A stretch of 52,523 bases of DNA. It comes from a virus. Its lineage: Duplodnaviria; Heunggongvirae; Uroviricota; Caudoviricetes. Position numbers and translations under genes: made by a program. The DNA lies in IMG/VR virus record IMGVR_UViG_2537561965_000009. One strand, given 5' to 3'. The notes beneath the pieces are model-generated. The model searched no databases. It saw nothing but the letters and a program-made list of their open reading frames with translations, and had not been told where the DNA came from. This document shows positions 9,088 through 17,437 of the stretch, in pieces. Every line of letters starts with the position of its first letter. Within the stretch, counting starts at the first letter, position 1.

Positions 9088-9411
9088 ATGAAAAAAGATA
9101 ACTATTCATTCAAACGAGCTTGTGCTGTTGTCGGTGGGCAATCAGCAATGGCTAGGCTTTTAGGTGTATCTCCTCCAAGCGTAAATCAATGGATCAAAGG
9201 TGTACGTCAGTTGCCTGCTGAGAGATGTCCTGCGATTGAACGAGCAACAAAAGGTGGTGTCCTGTGTGAAGAACTTCGTCCTGATGTTGATTGGACATAC
9301 TTACGACGCTCGTCATGTTATTCGCAGAATATGTCGATGAAGCAACCAAATGACGAAAACGATCATACCCGAAGCATCAAGAGGCAAATGATTCATGAAA
9401 ATCAAACATGA
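9088..9411 (+). CDS. ydaS: Cro-like HTH regulator (YdaS-like)
   Basis: 107 aa from ATG 9088 with GGAG SD; MKKDNYSFKRACAVVGGQSAMARLLGVSPPSVNQWIKGVRQLPAERCPAIE recognised as YdaS-like. Confidence 0.65.
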   Translation: MKKDNYSFKRACAVVGGQSAMARLLGVSPPSVNQWIKGVRQLPAERCPAIERATKGGVLCEELRPDVDWTYLRRSSCYSQNMSMKQPNDENDHTRSIKRQMIHENQT

Positions 9412-9820
9412 GCACATCCGCATGGCGATGAATGCTTGGGCATACCCTGATGGTGAGAAAGTTCCTGCAGCTGAAATAGCCCGGACTTATTTCGAACTGG
9501 GGATGACGTTCCCTGAACTGTACGACGACAGCCATCCGGAAGCCCTGGCCCGTAATACACAGAAAATTTTCCGTTGGCTGGATAAAGACACCCCTGATGC
9601 TGTTGAAAAAATTCAGGCTCTGTTACCGGCGATCGAAAAGGCAATGCCGCCTCTGCTGGTGGCCCGTATGCGCAGTCACAGCTCTGAGTATTACCGGGAG
9701 ATTGTCGAACGGCGGGATCGGCTGGTGAAGGATGTCGACGATTTTGTTGCGTCAGCGGTTGTTTTGTATGACCAGATGAATCGCGGCGGCCCGGCAGGGA
9801 ATGCTGTGGTGATGCACTAA
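9395..9820 (+). CDS. ydaT: YdaT-like protein
   Basis: 141-aa ORF overlapping the end of the ydaS-like gene; size and position match ydaT of Rac-type immunity regions. Confidence 0.5.
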   Translation: MKIKHEHIRMAMNAWAYPDGEKVPAAEIARTYFELGMTFPELYDDSHPEALARNTQKIFRWLDKDTPDAVEKIQALLPAIEKAMPPLLVARMRSHSSEYYREIVERRDRLVKDVDDFVASAVVLYDQMNRGGPAGNAVVMH

Positions 9821-9842
9821 AAGCACGGTGTTCGGGGGTTTT

Positions 9843-10805
9843 ATGAGCAGCAAGCTTCATGGTCTTGTCTGGGAAGGGTGCGCCTTCACCGGCATGATCT
9901 TATCCAGGGTGGCGGTTATGGCCCGTCTTGCAGACTACAGCAATGACGAGGGCGTGTCATGGCCTGCCATTGAAACTATCCGGCGTCAGATCGGTGCAAG
10001 AAGTGAATCCACAGTGAAATCGGCTATTGCAGAACTGGCGAAAGAGGGCTGGCTGACGAAGGAAGAGCGTAAGGTCGGTGGGCGTAATGTAAGCAATATC
10101 TATCGACTTAATGTGGAAAAACTCGAAGCAGCTGCGGCGGCGGCGCGTGAGTCATATAAACCGAAAAGAAAAATTAGCCCGGCAAAAAATGACCCGTTAA
10201 CAGTTGACCCGTCAAATATTGACCCCTCAACGGTTGACCCGTCAAATTTTGATGGATCAACTGTTGATAAAAAACTGCCGATTAGGGGGGCGATGATTGA
10301 CCCCGATCCGTCAGTATTAAAACCTGATCCGTCAGATAAAAGATCTTCTTGTCCGGACGCTTCGCAACCGGACCCGCAGACGGCTGAACAGGATTTTTTA
10401 ACCCGACACCCTGACGCGGTTGTGTTCAGTGCGAAAAAACGCCAGTGGGGAAGTCAGGAAGATTTGGTGTGCGCACAGTGGATCTGGGGACGAATCGTGA
10501 GTCTTTACGAGCAGGCGGCCAGCTATGATGGCGAGATCACTAGACCGAAAGAACCCAACTGGACAGCATGGGCCAATGACGTTCGCACAATGCGGATGCT
10601 GGATGGCAGAACTCACAGACAAATTTGTGAAATGTTTGGGCGTCTCCAGCGGGATTCGTTCTGGGTAAAAAACATCATGAGTCCGGCAAAACTCCGGGAA
10701 AAATGGGATGAACTGGTTATCCGCCTGGGGCGTTCGCCTGCGCAGCGTTGCGTGAATCACATTTCTGAACCGGACACTGAAATTCCGCCGGGCTTCAGGG
10801 GGTAA
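9843..10805 (+). CDS. replication initiation protein (O-like; gene contains the iterons)
   Basis: 320 aa from ATG 9843 (GGGGG SD); N-terminal winged-helix-like region; central repetitive DP(S/L)TVD peptide encoded by the iteron array; downstream of the immunity region as expected for replication genes. Confidence 0.55.
   Translation: MSSKLHGLVWEGCAFTGMILSRVAVMARLADYSNDEGVSWPAIETIRRQIGARSESTVKSAIAELAKEGWLTKEERKVGGRNVSNIYRLNVEKLEAAAAAARESYKPKRKISPAKNDPLTVDPSNIDPSTVDPSNFDGSTVDKKLPIRGAMIDPDPSVLKPDPSDKRSSCPDASQPDPQTAEQDFLTRHPDAVVFSAKKRQWGSQEDLVCAQWIWGRIVSLYEQAASYDGEITRPKEPNWTAWANDVRTMRMLDGRTHRQICEMFGRLQRDSFWVKNIMSPAKLREKWDELVIRLGRSPAQRCVNHISEPDTEIPPGFRG
10189..10330. repeat. iteron array, candidate origin of replication inside the replication gene
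   Basis: About six copies of a roughly 15-bp unit with core TGACCCGTCAA (for example TTGACCCGTCAAATAT, TTGACCCCTCAACGG, TTGACCCGTCAAATTT) followed by A-rich sequence; analogous to ori-lambda inside gene O. Confidence 0.5.
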
Positions 10806-10845
10806 GTGTTAATTTCTGGTCATGAGGTAATTTTCAGGAGGGCTT

Positions 10846-11268
10846 GTGGCAAAAGTTTTTACACAAGAAGAGCGGGAAAAAATTAAAGGGCAGGTTGTTG
10901 AACTCGTACGCCAGAGTGGGCGCGAGACGTTACGACAACTGGAAACTAAAACTGGGGCAACAAGATATCTGATGAGCGTTCTGGCCAGAGAGCTGGTTGC
11001 CAGCGGCGATGTATACAACTCCGGCTACGGGTTATTCCCCTCTGAACAGGCGCGTAAGGACTGGCAAAACGCCCGCAAAAAACTCTCGAGGGCAAAGGTG
11101 AAGAAACCTGCTGTGGTTGATCCGGACCTTATCTGGTCATCACCTGACGGAGAAATACGTCGCTACGACAGTCGCCTAAACATAATCTGTCGCGAGTGCC
11201 GGAAGAGTGAAGCTATGCAGCGTGTACTGGCTTTCTATCAGGGTAATTTTCAGGAGGCGGTACTGTGA
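10846..11268 (+). CDS. hypothetical phage protein
   Basis: 140-aa ORF, GTG start with AGGAGGG SD; no family recognised. Confidence 0.45.
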   Translation: MAKVFTQEEREKIKGQVVELVRQSGRETLRQLETKTGATRYLMSVLARELVASGDVYNSGYGLFPSEQARKDWQNARKKLSRAKVKKPAVVDPDLIWSSPDGEIRRYDSRLNIICRECRKSEAMQRVLAFYQGNFQEAVL

Positions 11269-11325
11269 GTGAAATTAGCTATCAGGCTTCAATTACCGCT
11301 GGCATTCGCATCAAAGGAGAGGAGC

Positions 11326-11682
11326 ATGGAAATAAAACCAGAGGATGAGTTAAGCAATATCGTTTTATTTCCGGTAAAAGAGGATGACCCTCGTAATCAG
11401 GTTAATTTTCTTTATGAGCCATCGGAAAGACCATATTGTCATCACGCCTCTGTCCGGGTTGACGAAAAAGAGCGTCAGGTCCGCTGTAAAATCTGCGGTG
11501 CAGTTGTGGAGCCATTTGACTGGATGCTCTCTGTGGCGAAAAGAGAAACCAGACTGGCAGATGATGTAAGGCTCTTGCGTCAAGAGGAGCGGGAAAGGCG
11601 AAAAAATATAGAAAAGCTAATTCAGATTGAGCGTAACGCGAAAGCGCGGATACGCAGGGCGACAAAATCCAGAACTGAATAA
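11326..11682 (+). CDS. hypothetical protein with CxHH...CKIC metal-binding-like motif
   Basis: 118 aa from ATG 11326 preceded by AAGGAGAGGAG; the ORF-track N-terminal extension is an alternative-start artefact. Confidence 0.5.
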   Translation: MEIKPEDELSNIVLFPVKEDDPRNQVNFLYEPSERPYCHHASVRVDEKERQVRCKICGAVVEPFDWMLSVAKRETRLADDVRLLRQEERERRKNIEKLIQIERNAKARIRRATKSRTE

Positions 11683-11775
11683 TTAAATTTAGCTCTGTTA
11701 AAAATTTAATCCTTAACCGGAGGGATTTCTGCACCCTCAGAACATCAGGAGGCCGCCCGAAAGGGCGGTAGTTAA

Positions 11776-11958
11776 ATGCGAAAGTTTAAAATAATTATTG
11801 AAACGGGAATAGCCGGTGGAGATTTCGAGGATGAATTCGAAGTGGATGATGATGCGACGCCTGATGAAATACATGACGAAGCAAAAGATATTTTCTTTAA
11901 CTACTGCAATTACTCATATCACGAAATAAAAGACGAAGAGGAAGAACAAAATGGCTGA
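11776..11958 (+). CDS. small acidic hypothetical protein
   Basis: 60-aa ORF with ATG start. Confidence 0.4.
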   Translation: MRKFKIIIETGIAGGDFEDEFEVDDDATPDEIHDEAKDIFFNYCNYSYHEIKDEEEEQNG

Positions 11959-12127
11959 TTTTGGTTCAACTAAATACAACGTCAGTTTTGAAGAATGGCA
12001 TGAACTGTTAATGGACTATGCAGAGTTACGTGGTGGCAGTGCTGCTGATGCTGAAGCATGGCGTGATGATTATGAAGCAGGAAAAACTCCGGTCGAAGCA
12101 TATTGTGATGAGTGGGGCGATGAATGA
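11951..12127 (+). CDS. small hypothetical protein
   Basis: 58-aa ORF MADFGSTKYNVSFEEWHELLMDYAELRGG... found manually; overlaps neighbours by a few nucleotides. Confidence 0.4.
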   Translation: MADFGSTKYNVSFEEWHELLMDYAELRGGSAADAEAWRDDYEAGKTPVEAYCDEWGDE

Positions 12128-12440
12128 GCGAGGTTAATTATCAGGAAGGGCATGAAACGGCGGGGCAAGCAAAAACAGTGGCATGGCGATATCGCTACGT
12201 GAAAAAAAAGGCGTTACGGACTTTCAGGGGAAGTAGTGGTCTGGTGACTGGAAATATGTACCGAAAAAAGAGGATTGTAACGACAGGCCGAACTATGAAA
12301 TTCAGGCCTTATTCACTGCCCCGCCAGTCCCGGTTACATCAGAAGAACTGGTTAAAGCTGTGCACTTTTATGAACAACTAAAACGCGAAAATCCACCAGC
12401 ATCCGGAAACCTGATTACAGATTCCCAGATAAGGCAATGA
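12124..12440 (+). pseudogene. probable disrupted gene (frame change at an A8 tract plus in-frame amber codon)
   Basis: ATG 12124 opens a protein-like N-terminus up to the A8 run at 12202-12209; the protein-like C-terminal segment WSGDWKYVPKKEDCNDRPNYEIQALFTAPPVPVTSEELVKAVHFYEQLKRENPPASGNLITDSQIRQ lies in another frame, has no start codon and follows a TAG at 12234-12236. Confidence 0.35.
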
Positions 12441-12610
12441 GCTACCTGGCGCAGAACGGGCTGATAAGTATGGGGAATGTTTTACGATGAATATTTAGAC
12501 TAAAGAGTTTGTAACGCTATGTAAGTGATTTTTTCTGGTTTAGATATTTATATATCCGGCCAAATTGAGGTGTGTTTAAATGTAATTGCACATTGATTGT
12601 AGGAGGAATA

Positions 12611-12790
12611 ATGAAAAACGCATTGCAGTTTTTGTTTGTTGCGTTCTGGTTGTTCGTATCATGTATGCCCATCATCTTCACAGCAAGGTATATGGAAAAA
12701 GTTGATGTTTTGATATTAATATTTGGATATATAAATGCCCTTTTTTTAGGGGTGTTCATGGCGGTCATGTGCATTGAATACTGGCGGTAA
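12611..12790 (+). CDS. small two-helix membrane protein (moron candidate)
   Basis: 59-aa hydrophobic product MKNALQFLFVAFWLFVSCMPIIF... with strong AGGAGG SD at ideal spacing; lies in an AT-rich islet. Confidence 0.45.
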   Translation: MKNALQFLFVAFWLFVSCMPIIFTARYMEKVDVLILIFGYINALFLGVFMAVMCIEYWR

Positions 12791-12935
12791 ATACAGCGAA
12801 CGCCATTGGTTTAGTTGGATATTTACTGTGCCGGACAAAAACGGTTTGCGGGGAAATCTTAGTTAAGTAGAATGACTGCGGGTGCTTGAGGCTATCTGTC
12901 TCAGGCATGAACACCAAAAGGCAGATAGAGAAAAG

Positions 12936-13000
12936 CCCCAGTTAACATTACGCGTCCTGCAAGACGCTTAACATTAATCTGAGGCCATATCTATGCTCTA
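12936..13000 (-). ncRNA. sok: candidate Sok antisense RNA
   Basis: Minus-strand promoter-like TTGCCT (rc of 13031-13036) and TAACCT (rc of 13007-13012) with 17-bp spacer, positioned like the sok promoter of hok/sok loci; extent is an estimate. Confidence 0.35.
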
Positions 13001-13205
13001 CACACGTAGGTTAGCCTCTTACGTGCCGAAAGGCAAGGAGAAGCAGGCTATGAAGCAGCAAAAGGCGATGCTAATCGCCCTGATCGTCATCTGTTTAACC
13101 GTCATAGTGACGGCACTGGTAACGAGGAAAGACCTCTGCGAGGTACGAATCCGAACCGGCCAGACGGAGGTCGCTGTCTTCACAGCTTACGAACCTGAGG
13201 AGTAA
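12993..13205 (+). CDS. mok: mok-like leader reading frame of the hok locus
   Basis: ORF starting upstream of hok and running to the same stop (here in frame with hok); the 5' leader matches the conserved hok mRNA pattern GCTTGAGGC...AGCCTCTTAC...AAGGAGAAG. Confidence 0.4.
   Translation: MLYTRRLASYVPKGKEKQAMKQQKAMLIALIVICLTVIVTALVTRKDLCEVRIRTGQTEVAVFTAYEPEE
13050..13205 (+). CDS. hok: Hok/Gef-family type I toxin
   Basis: 51-aa product MKQQKAMLIALIVICLTVIVTALVTRKDLCEVRIRTGQTEVAVFTAYEPEE has the Hok signature; AGGAG SD at 13036-13040. Confidence 0.85.
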   Translation: MKQQKAMLIALIVICLTVIVTALVTRKDLCEVRIRTGQTEVAVFTAYEPEE

Positions 13206-13273
13206 GAGACCAGGCGGGGGAGAATCCCTCGCCACCTCTGATGTGTCAGGCATCCTCAACGCACCCGCACTTA

Positions 13274-13299
13274 ACCCGCTTCGGCGGGTTTTGTTTTTT
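13274..13299 (+). terminator. rho-independent terminator of the hok transcript
   Basis: ACCCGC-TTCG-GCGGGT hairpin followed by a T-rich run; an upstream 3' element CCTCAACGCACCC is complementary to the 5' GGGTGCTTGAGG (fold-back pairing). Confidence 0.6.
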
Positions 13300-13371
13300 C
13301 CTGGCATTCTGGTTTACAATTCGCACGTCAGCCTGAACACCTGACACCTGCTGCGCCAGCAGAGAAAACAG

Positions 13372-13644
13372 ATGGCGCACAAAACCAAATTTCACAATTC
13401 TGATACCGACCTTGCCATCCGGCATGAGCGGCGTTCACACGCATTTAAAACCGACTGGTACCAACACCCACCATGTACTGAAGAACAGGCCGAATGGCTG
13501 ATTCATAACTACCGCAGACGTGGATATGAGTTTAGGAAAGCCCTCACCCTCGATTATCGTCACTGGATAATCTACGTCAGACTCCCTTATTCCGAACGCC
13601 CACCGCGTCCGTCCCGCACATTCCAGCAACGGATCTGGAGGTAA
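13372..13644 (+). CDS. hypothetical phage protein
   Basis: 90-aa ORF with ATG start. Confidence 0.4.
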   Translation: MAHKTKFHNSDTDLAIRHERRSHAFKTDWYQHPPCTEEQAEWLIHNYRRRGYEFRKALTLDYRHWIIYVRLPYSERPPRPSRTFQQRIWR

Positions 13645-13645
13645 C

Positions 13646-14704
13646 GTGCGGGTATTACTTCGATCTGTTCCGGTACCGGAACTTGGGCTGGTGGTCCTTA
13701 AGCCTGGTCGTGAATCCATGCAGGTATTCCGCAGCGGTCGTGTACTGGTGGAGCCGGAACCGAAAAGCATGCGCGGTCTGCCGTCCGGAGTCGTTCCTGC
13801 CGTTCGCCAGCCATTGGCGGAGGATAAATCACTACTGCCATTTTTCAGCGATGAGCGGGTGATTCGTGCTGCTGGCGGTGCTGGTGCGCTGTCTGACTGG
13901 CTGTTACGCCACGTTAAATCCTGCCAGTGGCCTCATGGTGACTATCATCACAGTGAAATCGTCATACATCGTTACGGTACCGGCGCGATGGTGTTGTGCT
14001 GGCACTGCGACAACCAGCTGCGTGACCAGACCTCCGAATCACTCGGGCAACTTGCTCATCAAAACCTGTCAGCATGGATGATTGACGTCATACGCCATGC
14101 AGTGAATGGCACGCAGGAGCGGGAATTATCGCTGGCTGAATTGTGCTGCTGGGCTTCTGTAAATGATGTAGTGGATGCCATGACCGAAAATATGGCGCGT
14201 CGAATCCTGAAGCTTCCGGGTGAAAAAATCCGCTCAGTATACCGCGAGAGCGACATCGTACCGGGAGAGCAGACCGCCATCAGCATACTGAAGCAGCGCA
14301 CAAAAAATATTGCGCCGTTGCCTCACGCCCACCAGCAACAGAATCCACCACAGGAAAAGACGGTGGTCAGCATTGCCGTTGATCCGGAGTCACCGGCTCA
14401 GTATCTCCAGCGCCAGAAACCACAACGGGAAGAGATGCCTGTATACACGCGCTGGGTAAAAACGCAGAAATGCATGACGTGTGGCAATCAGGCAGATGAT
14501 CCGCATCACATCATTGGTCATGGACTGGGAGGGATGGGAACAAAGGCTGATGATTTGTTTGTTATTCCGCTGTGCCGTAAATGCCATAGCGAACTACACG
14601 CCGGGGTAAAAGATTTTGAAGAAAAACACGGCAGCCAGCTGTTGTTGCTGATTCGTTTTTTAATGCACGCGAGAAATTCGGGTGTCCTGAAGTGGAAAGC
14701 ATGA
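13646..14704 (+). CDS. DUF968-like (YdfU-type) phage protein with C-terminal HNH-like Cys/His motif
   Basis: 352-aa ORF; C-terminal CMTCGNQADDPHHIIGHGLGG...CRKCHSELH resembles an HNH/zinc-finger nuclease motif; directly upstream of rusA. Confidence 0.5.
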   Translation: MRVLLRSVPVPELGLVVLKPGRESMQVFRSGRVLVEPEPKSMRGLPSGVVPAVRQPLAEDKSLLPFFSDERVIRAAGGAGALSDWLLRHVKSCQWPHGDYHHSEIVIHRYGTGAMVLCWHCDNQLRDQTSESLGQLAHQNLSAWMIDVIRHAVNGTQERELSLAELCCWASVNDVVDAMTENMARRILKLPGEKIRSVYRESDIVPGEQTAISILKQRTKNIAPLPHAHQQQNPPQEKTVVSIAVDPESPAQYLQRQKPQREEMPVYTRWVKTQKCMTCGNQADDPHHIIGHGLGGMGTKADDLFVIPLCRKCHSELHAGVKDFEEKHGSQLLLLIRFLMHARNSGVLKWKA

Positions 14705-15070
14705 ATGACTGAACGCATAGAATTTGTTTTGCCTTACCCGCCAACGGTGAACACTTACTGGCGACGTCGTGGCAGCACATATTTTGTATCAAAAGCCGGT
14801 GAGCGTTATCGCCGTGATGTGGCGCTTATTGTTCGCCAGCAGCGGCTGAAATTAAACCTGTCCGGAAGGCTGGCGATAAAGATTATTGCAGAGCCACCGG
14901 ATAAACGTCGTCGTGACCTGGACAATATCCTGAAAGCACCACTGGATGCGCTGACGCATGCCGGACTTCTCATAGACGACGAGCAGTTTGATGAAATCAA
15001 TATTGTGCGCGGTCAGCGCGTTCCTGGGGGGCGGCTGGGCGTGAAGATTTACAAAATTGAGAGTGAGTGA
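14705..15070 (+). CDS. rusA: Holliday junction resolvase RusA
   Basis: 121-aa ORF MTERIEFVLPYPPTVNTYWRRRG... with the RusA signature; overlaps the upstream stop. Confidence 0.85.
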   Translation: MTERIEFVLPYPPTVNTYWRRRGSTYFVSKAGERYRRDVALIVRQQRLKLNLSGRLAIKIIAEPPDKRRRDLDNILKAPLDALTHAGLLIDDEQFDEINIVRGQRVPGGRLGVKIYKIESE

Positions 15071-15624
15071 TCGTAAATATGATATATCCGGAAATTACAG
15101 GCAAAAGCGGCGAGCATTTACGTCTAAAAACGCTGGAAGCCGTCTGGATCCAGGGGAAATTACGGATGTGGGGGCGTTGGTCGTACATAGGTGGTGGCAA
15201 ACCAGGAAATATGTTCAATCAGTTGCTGGCATCCAAAACACTTACAAAAACTGCGATCAATGAAGCTCTGCGCAGAATAAAAAAATCAGGGATTGATAAA
15301 ACTGAGCTGGAAGCGTTTTTGCGTGAGATGATCAACAGCAAGCAAAAGAGCGGGCTGGCTTATTGTACTGATGCCGAGGCGTTATGTATCGATCGGGTAA
15401 TTAGTAAAGTGTTGGCAGAGCATCCGGGATTGATTTGTATCCTCCGACAAAGATATGAAGGGCTGGGAATGAGCAAGCTGAAAATGGCAGAACAGTTAAA
15501 AAAGAATCACCCTGACTGGAGCCTGAAAACTTGTAGAAATCGCATTGATGTTTGGTTGGCGATGGCTGAAACCATGCTTTTCCTTCCAATGTGCGTGGCA
15601 CTTCGGTGCTTTTCTGATAACTGA
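15067..15624 (+). CDS. late-gene antiterminator Q-like protein
   Basis: 185-aa ORF (GTG 15067 or ATG 15079) directly after rusA and before the late/lysis region; contains an RMWGRWS motif reminiscent of Q-type antiterminators; the call is mainly positional. Confidence 0.5.
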   Translation: MIVNMIYPEITGKSGEHLRLKTLEAVWIQGKLRMWGRWSYIGGGKPGNMFNQLLASKTLTKTAINEALRRIKKSGIDKTELEAFLREMINSKQKSGLAYCTDAEALCIDRVISKVLAEHPGLICILRQRYEGLGMSKLKMAEQLKKNHPDWSLKTCRNRIDVWLAMAETMLFLPMCVALRCFSDN

Positions 15625-15713
15625 TGATAGAAGTGCATCAGCTATCAATCTTGTTGACGTTCATCAAGGTCTGGACAATACTTACGTTAAGTTCCAACAT
15701 ATGGAAGATAAGA

Positions 15714-16904
15714 ATGATATTTACACGATTGAGATTTATCAATTTGTACGCTTTTGAGGATGCAGAGCTTAACCTGTCCTATCCAAGGAAACCTGTAAAC
15801 ATGCCTCTTGATGGGGAGTTTTTGGCTGGACGGCCTAAATTTTACTATAAAAAAGTCTGTATCATAACGGGGGGAAATGCTTCAGGCAAGACGTCACTAG
15901 GGCGAATTCTTTGTGGAATTCAGGTGTTTCTAAGAACCAAAGAGTTGCGGAGTAATCTGCGAGTGAATAATAAAAATAATGATGCTTCGTTTGAAGTAGA
16001 CTTTGCTACGGAGGAACATTTTCATCATCGTTTGTATGTACGCTTTGCTACCAGTGAAGGCGGAGCGCACATAATCAAAGAAATTAAATATGGTTTTGTT
16101 CAAATAGCATTAAATGATTCTTGCTATAAAACCACAGAAAAACTGAATCAACTCTTTTCTGGAAGGGCCCCAGGAGATACAGAATATTTTTTTCAGGAAC
16201 TAGCTACTGATAGCGAACCAGTTGTATTGGAGTTTTTCAAGCAACTTAAGTTTTTTGGTGGATGGTACTATTTGTTGTCTGAAACTAAAGAAAGTACCAC
16301 TGCAATTTCAGGAATGAATAAAAATATTCTTGAAAGGATAATTCGCACTTTCGATTCAAGTATTATAGGAGTTACCGAGATGCTGGAGTCTGAAAGTGAC
16401 GGGGATGAAAATAAATCATCTGCGGTTTATCTGATTAAATTTAAAAACTCTGATTCTCTTGTCGTTACCAGTAAAGGTGAAATAATTAACTCAGACCGTC
16501 TTTCTCGAGGAACATACGAGGCAGTGACGGTAGCGCATTTTATAAGCGCTATTATCTCTGATTGTGAAAGACTAGGTAAGCAATCTCTAATACCATCAAT
16601 GACTTATTTTCTTGACGAGAAATTGGCTTATACACATTCAGAGTTAGAGCGTATGATTGTGGCGCTGATTATATCTAATTTGAAAGAAAATACTCAGTTT
16701 TTCTATACAACGCATAACATGGATATTTTTGAGTTGGATCTGCCTGTTCACTCGTTCATTTTTATTAAAAAAACGAAAGACTATTCGGAGTTTGTTGAAG
16801 CAAATTCAGTTGTTAAAAAAAATGACCGTAGCATGCGAAACGCTGTTGAGAGAGATGTCTTTGGTGTCTTACCTGACACATCATTAGTATCGGAGCTACT
16901 CTGA
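15714..16904 (+). CDS. ABC-type (AAA_21/SMC-like) ATPase, first gene of a candidate two-gene defence module
   Basis: 396 aa from ATG 15714; N-terminus MIFTRLRFINLYAFEDAELNL; Walker A ITGGNASGKTS; signature-like LSRGTYEAV; Walker B YFLDE; H-loop-like TTHN; strongly AT-rich codon usage unlike flanking phage genes; stop overlaps next start (TGATG). Confidence 0.7.
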   Translation: MIFTRLRFINLYAFEDAELNLSYPRKPVNMPLDGEFLAGRPKFYYKKVCIITGGNASGKTSLGRILCGIQVFLRTKELRSNLRVNNKNNDASFEVDFATEEHFHHRLYVRFATSEGGAHIIKEIKYGFVQIALNDSCYKTTEKLNQLFSGRAPGDTEYFFQELATDSEPVVLEFFKQLKFFGGWYYLLSETKESTTAISGMNKNILERIIRTFDSSIIGVTEMLESESDGDENKSSAVYLIKFKNSDSLVVTSKGEIINSDRLSRGTYEAVTVAHFISAIISDCERLGKQSLIPSMTYFLDEKLAYTHSELERMIVALIISNLKENTQFFYTTHNMDIFELDLPVHSFIFIKKTKDYSEFVEANSVVKKNDRSMRNAVERDVFGVLPDTSLVSELL

Positions 16905-17437
16905 TGGCGGGGTTGTCTAAAATAAGAATAATTTTTGTCGAAGGTGAAACAGAAAACTCTCTTTTTCAGAAGATGAAACAACAGAGAGTTATTGATGCCA
17001 AATCAATTGTAAAAAGAAACTTTTGGCAAGAGAGCATAAGAAATTATGCGATTACTATTCCGAAGGGAAGTGATATACTAATTGTCTTTGATAGTGATGA
17101 AGTGGAGCAATCTGCAAGATTCATTGAAAATGTAAAGTTCCTTAAAAACAGAGGGCATAAAGTTTATCTTTTGCAGCAGAAAAGAAATTTTGAGGAGGAG
17201 TTGGCCTGGTGTTGCGGAATTCCTGTAAAAAAACTAATTGCTGGGTTCTGTGCAAAAAAAACATCGGGTATAAATGATTTCAAGAGAGATTTTATTGCTT
17301 GTAACAATCAACTTTCAAAGTTACTGAAAATGGGCATGCAGGAAACTAAGTGGTTTACAAGAGATTTACATACTGTATTGGAGCCTGTTGCAAGTTTTAA
17401 GTCATCTTTTTCTAAACATTTCAGGTTAACAAGATGA
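16904..17437 (+). CDS. small TOPRIM-like protein (RloB/OLD/DUF4435-like), second gene of the candidate module
   Basis: 177-aa ORF; N-terminal IRIIFVEGETE and downstream ILIVFDSDEV give the Glu ... DxD arrangement of TOPRIM-type nuclease domains; translationally coupled to the ATPase gene. Confidence 0.6.
   Translation: MAGLSKIRIIFVEGETENSLFQKMKQQRVIDAKSIVKRNFWQESIRNYAITIPKGSDILIVFDSDEVEQSARFIENVKFLKNRGHKVYLLQQKRNFEEELAWCCGIPVKKLIAGFCAKKTSGINDFKRDFIACNNQLSKLLKMGMQETKWFTRDLHTVLEPVASFKSSFSKHFRLTR

Noticed and set aside
10189-10330. Direct repeats considered as a possible CRISPR array
   Set aside because: Units are about 15 bp without unique spacers and lie inside a coding sequence; they fit replication-origin iterons. 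No CRISPR-like repeat-spacer array was seen anywhere in the window
12517-12774. 85-aa minus-strand ORF antisense to the small membrane protein gene
   Set aside because: Lies in an AT-rich region where random ORFs are common; the plus-strand ORF has the strong SD
15624-15713. N-terminal 30-codon extension of the ATPase ORF starting at the ATG that overlaps the Q stop
   Set aside because: The extension is hydrophobic and unlike an ATPase N-terminus, and would occupy the expected late promoter region; the conserved-looking N-terminus begins at ATG 15714
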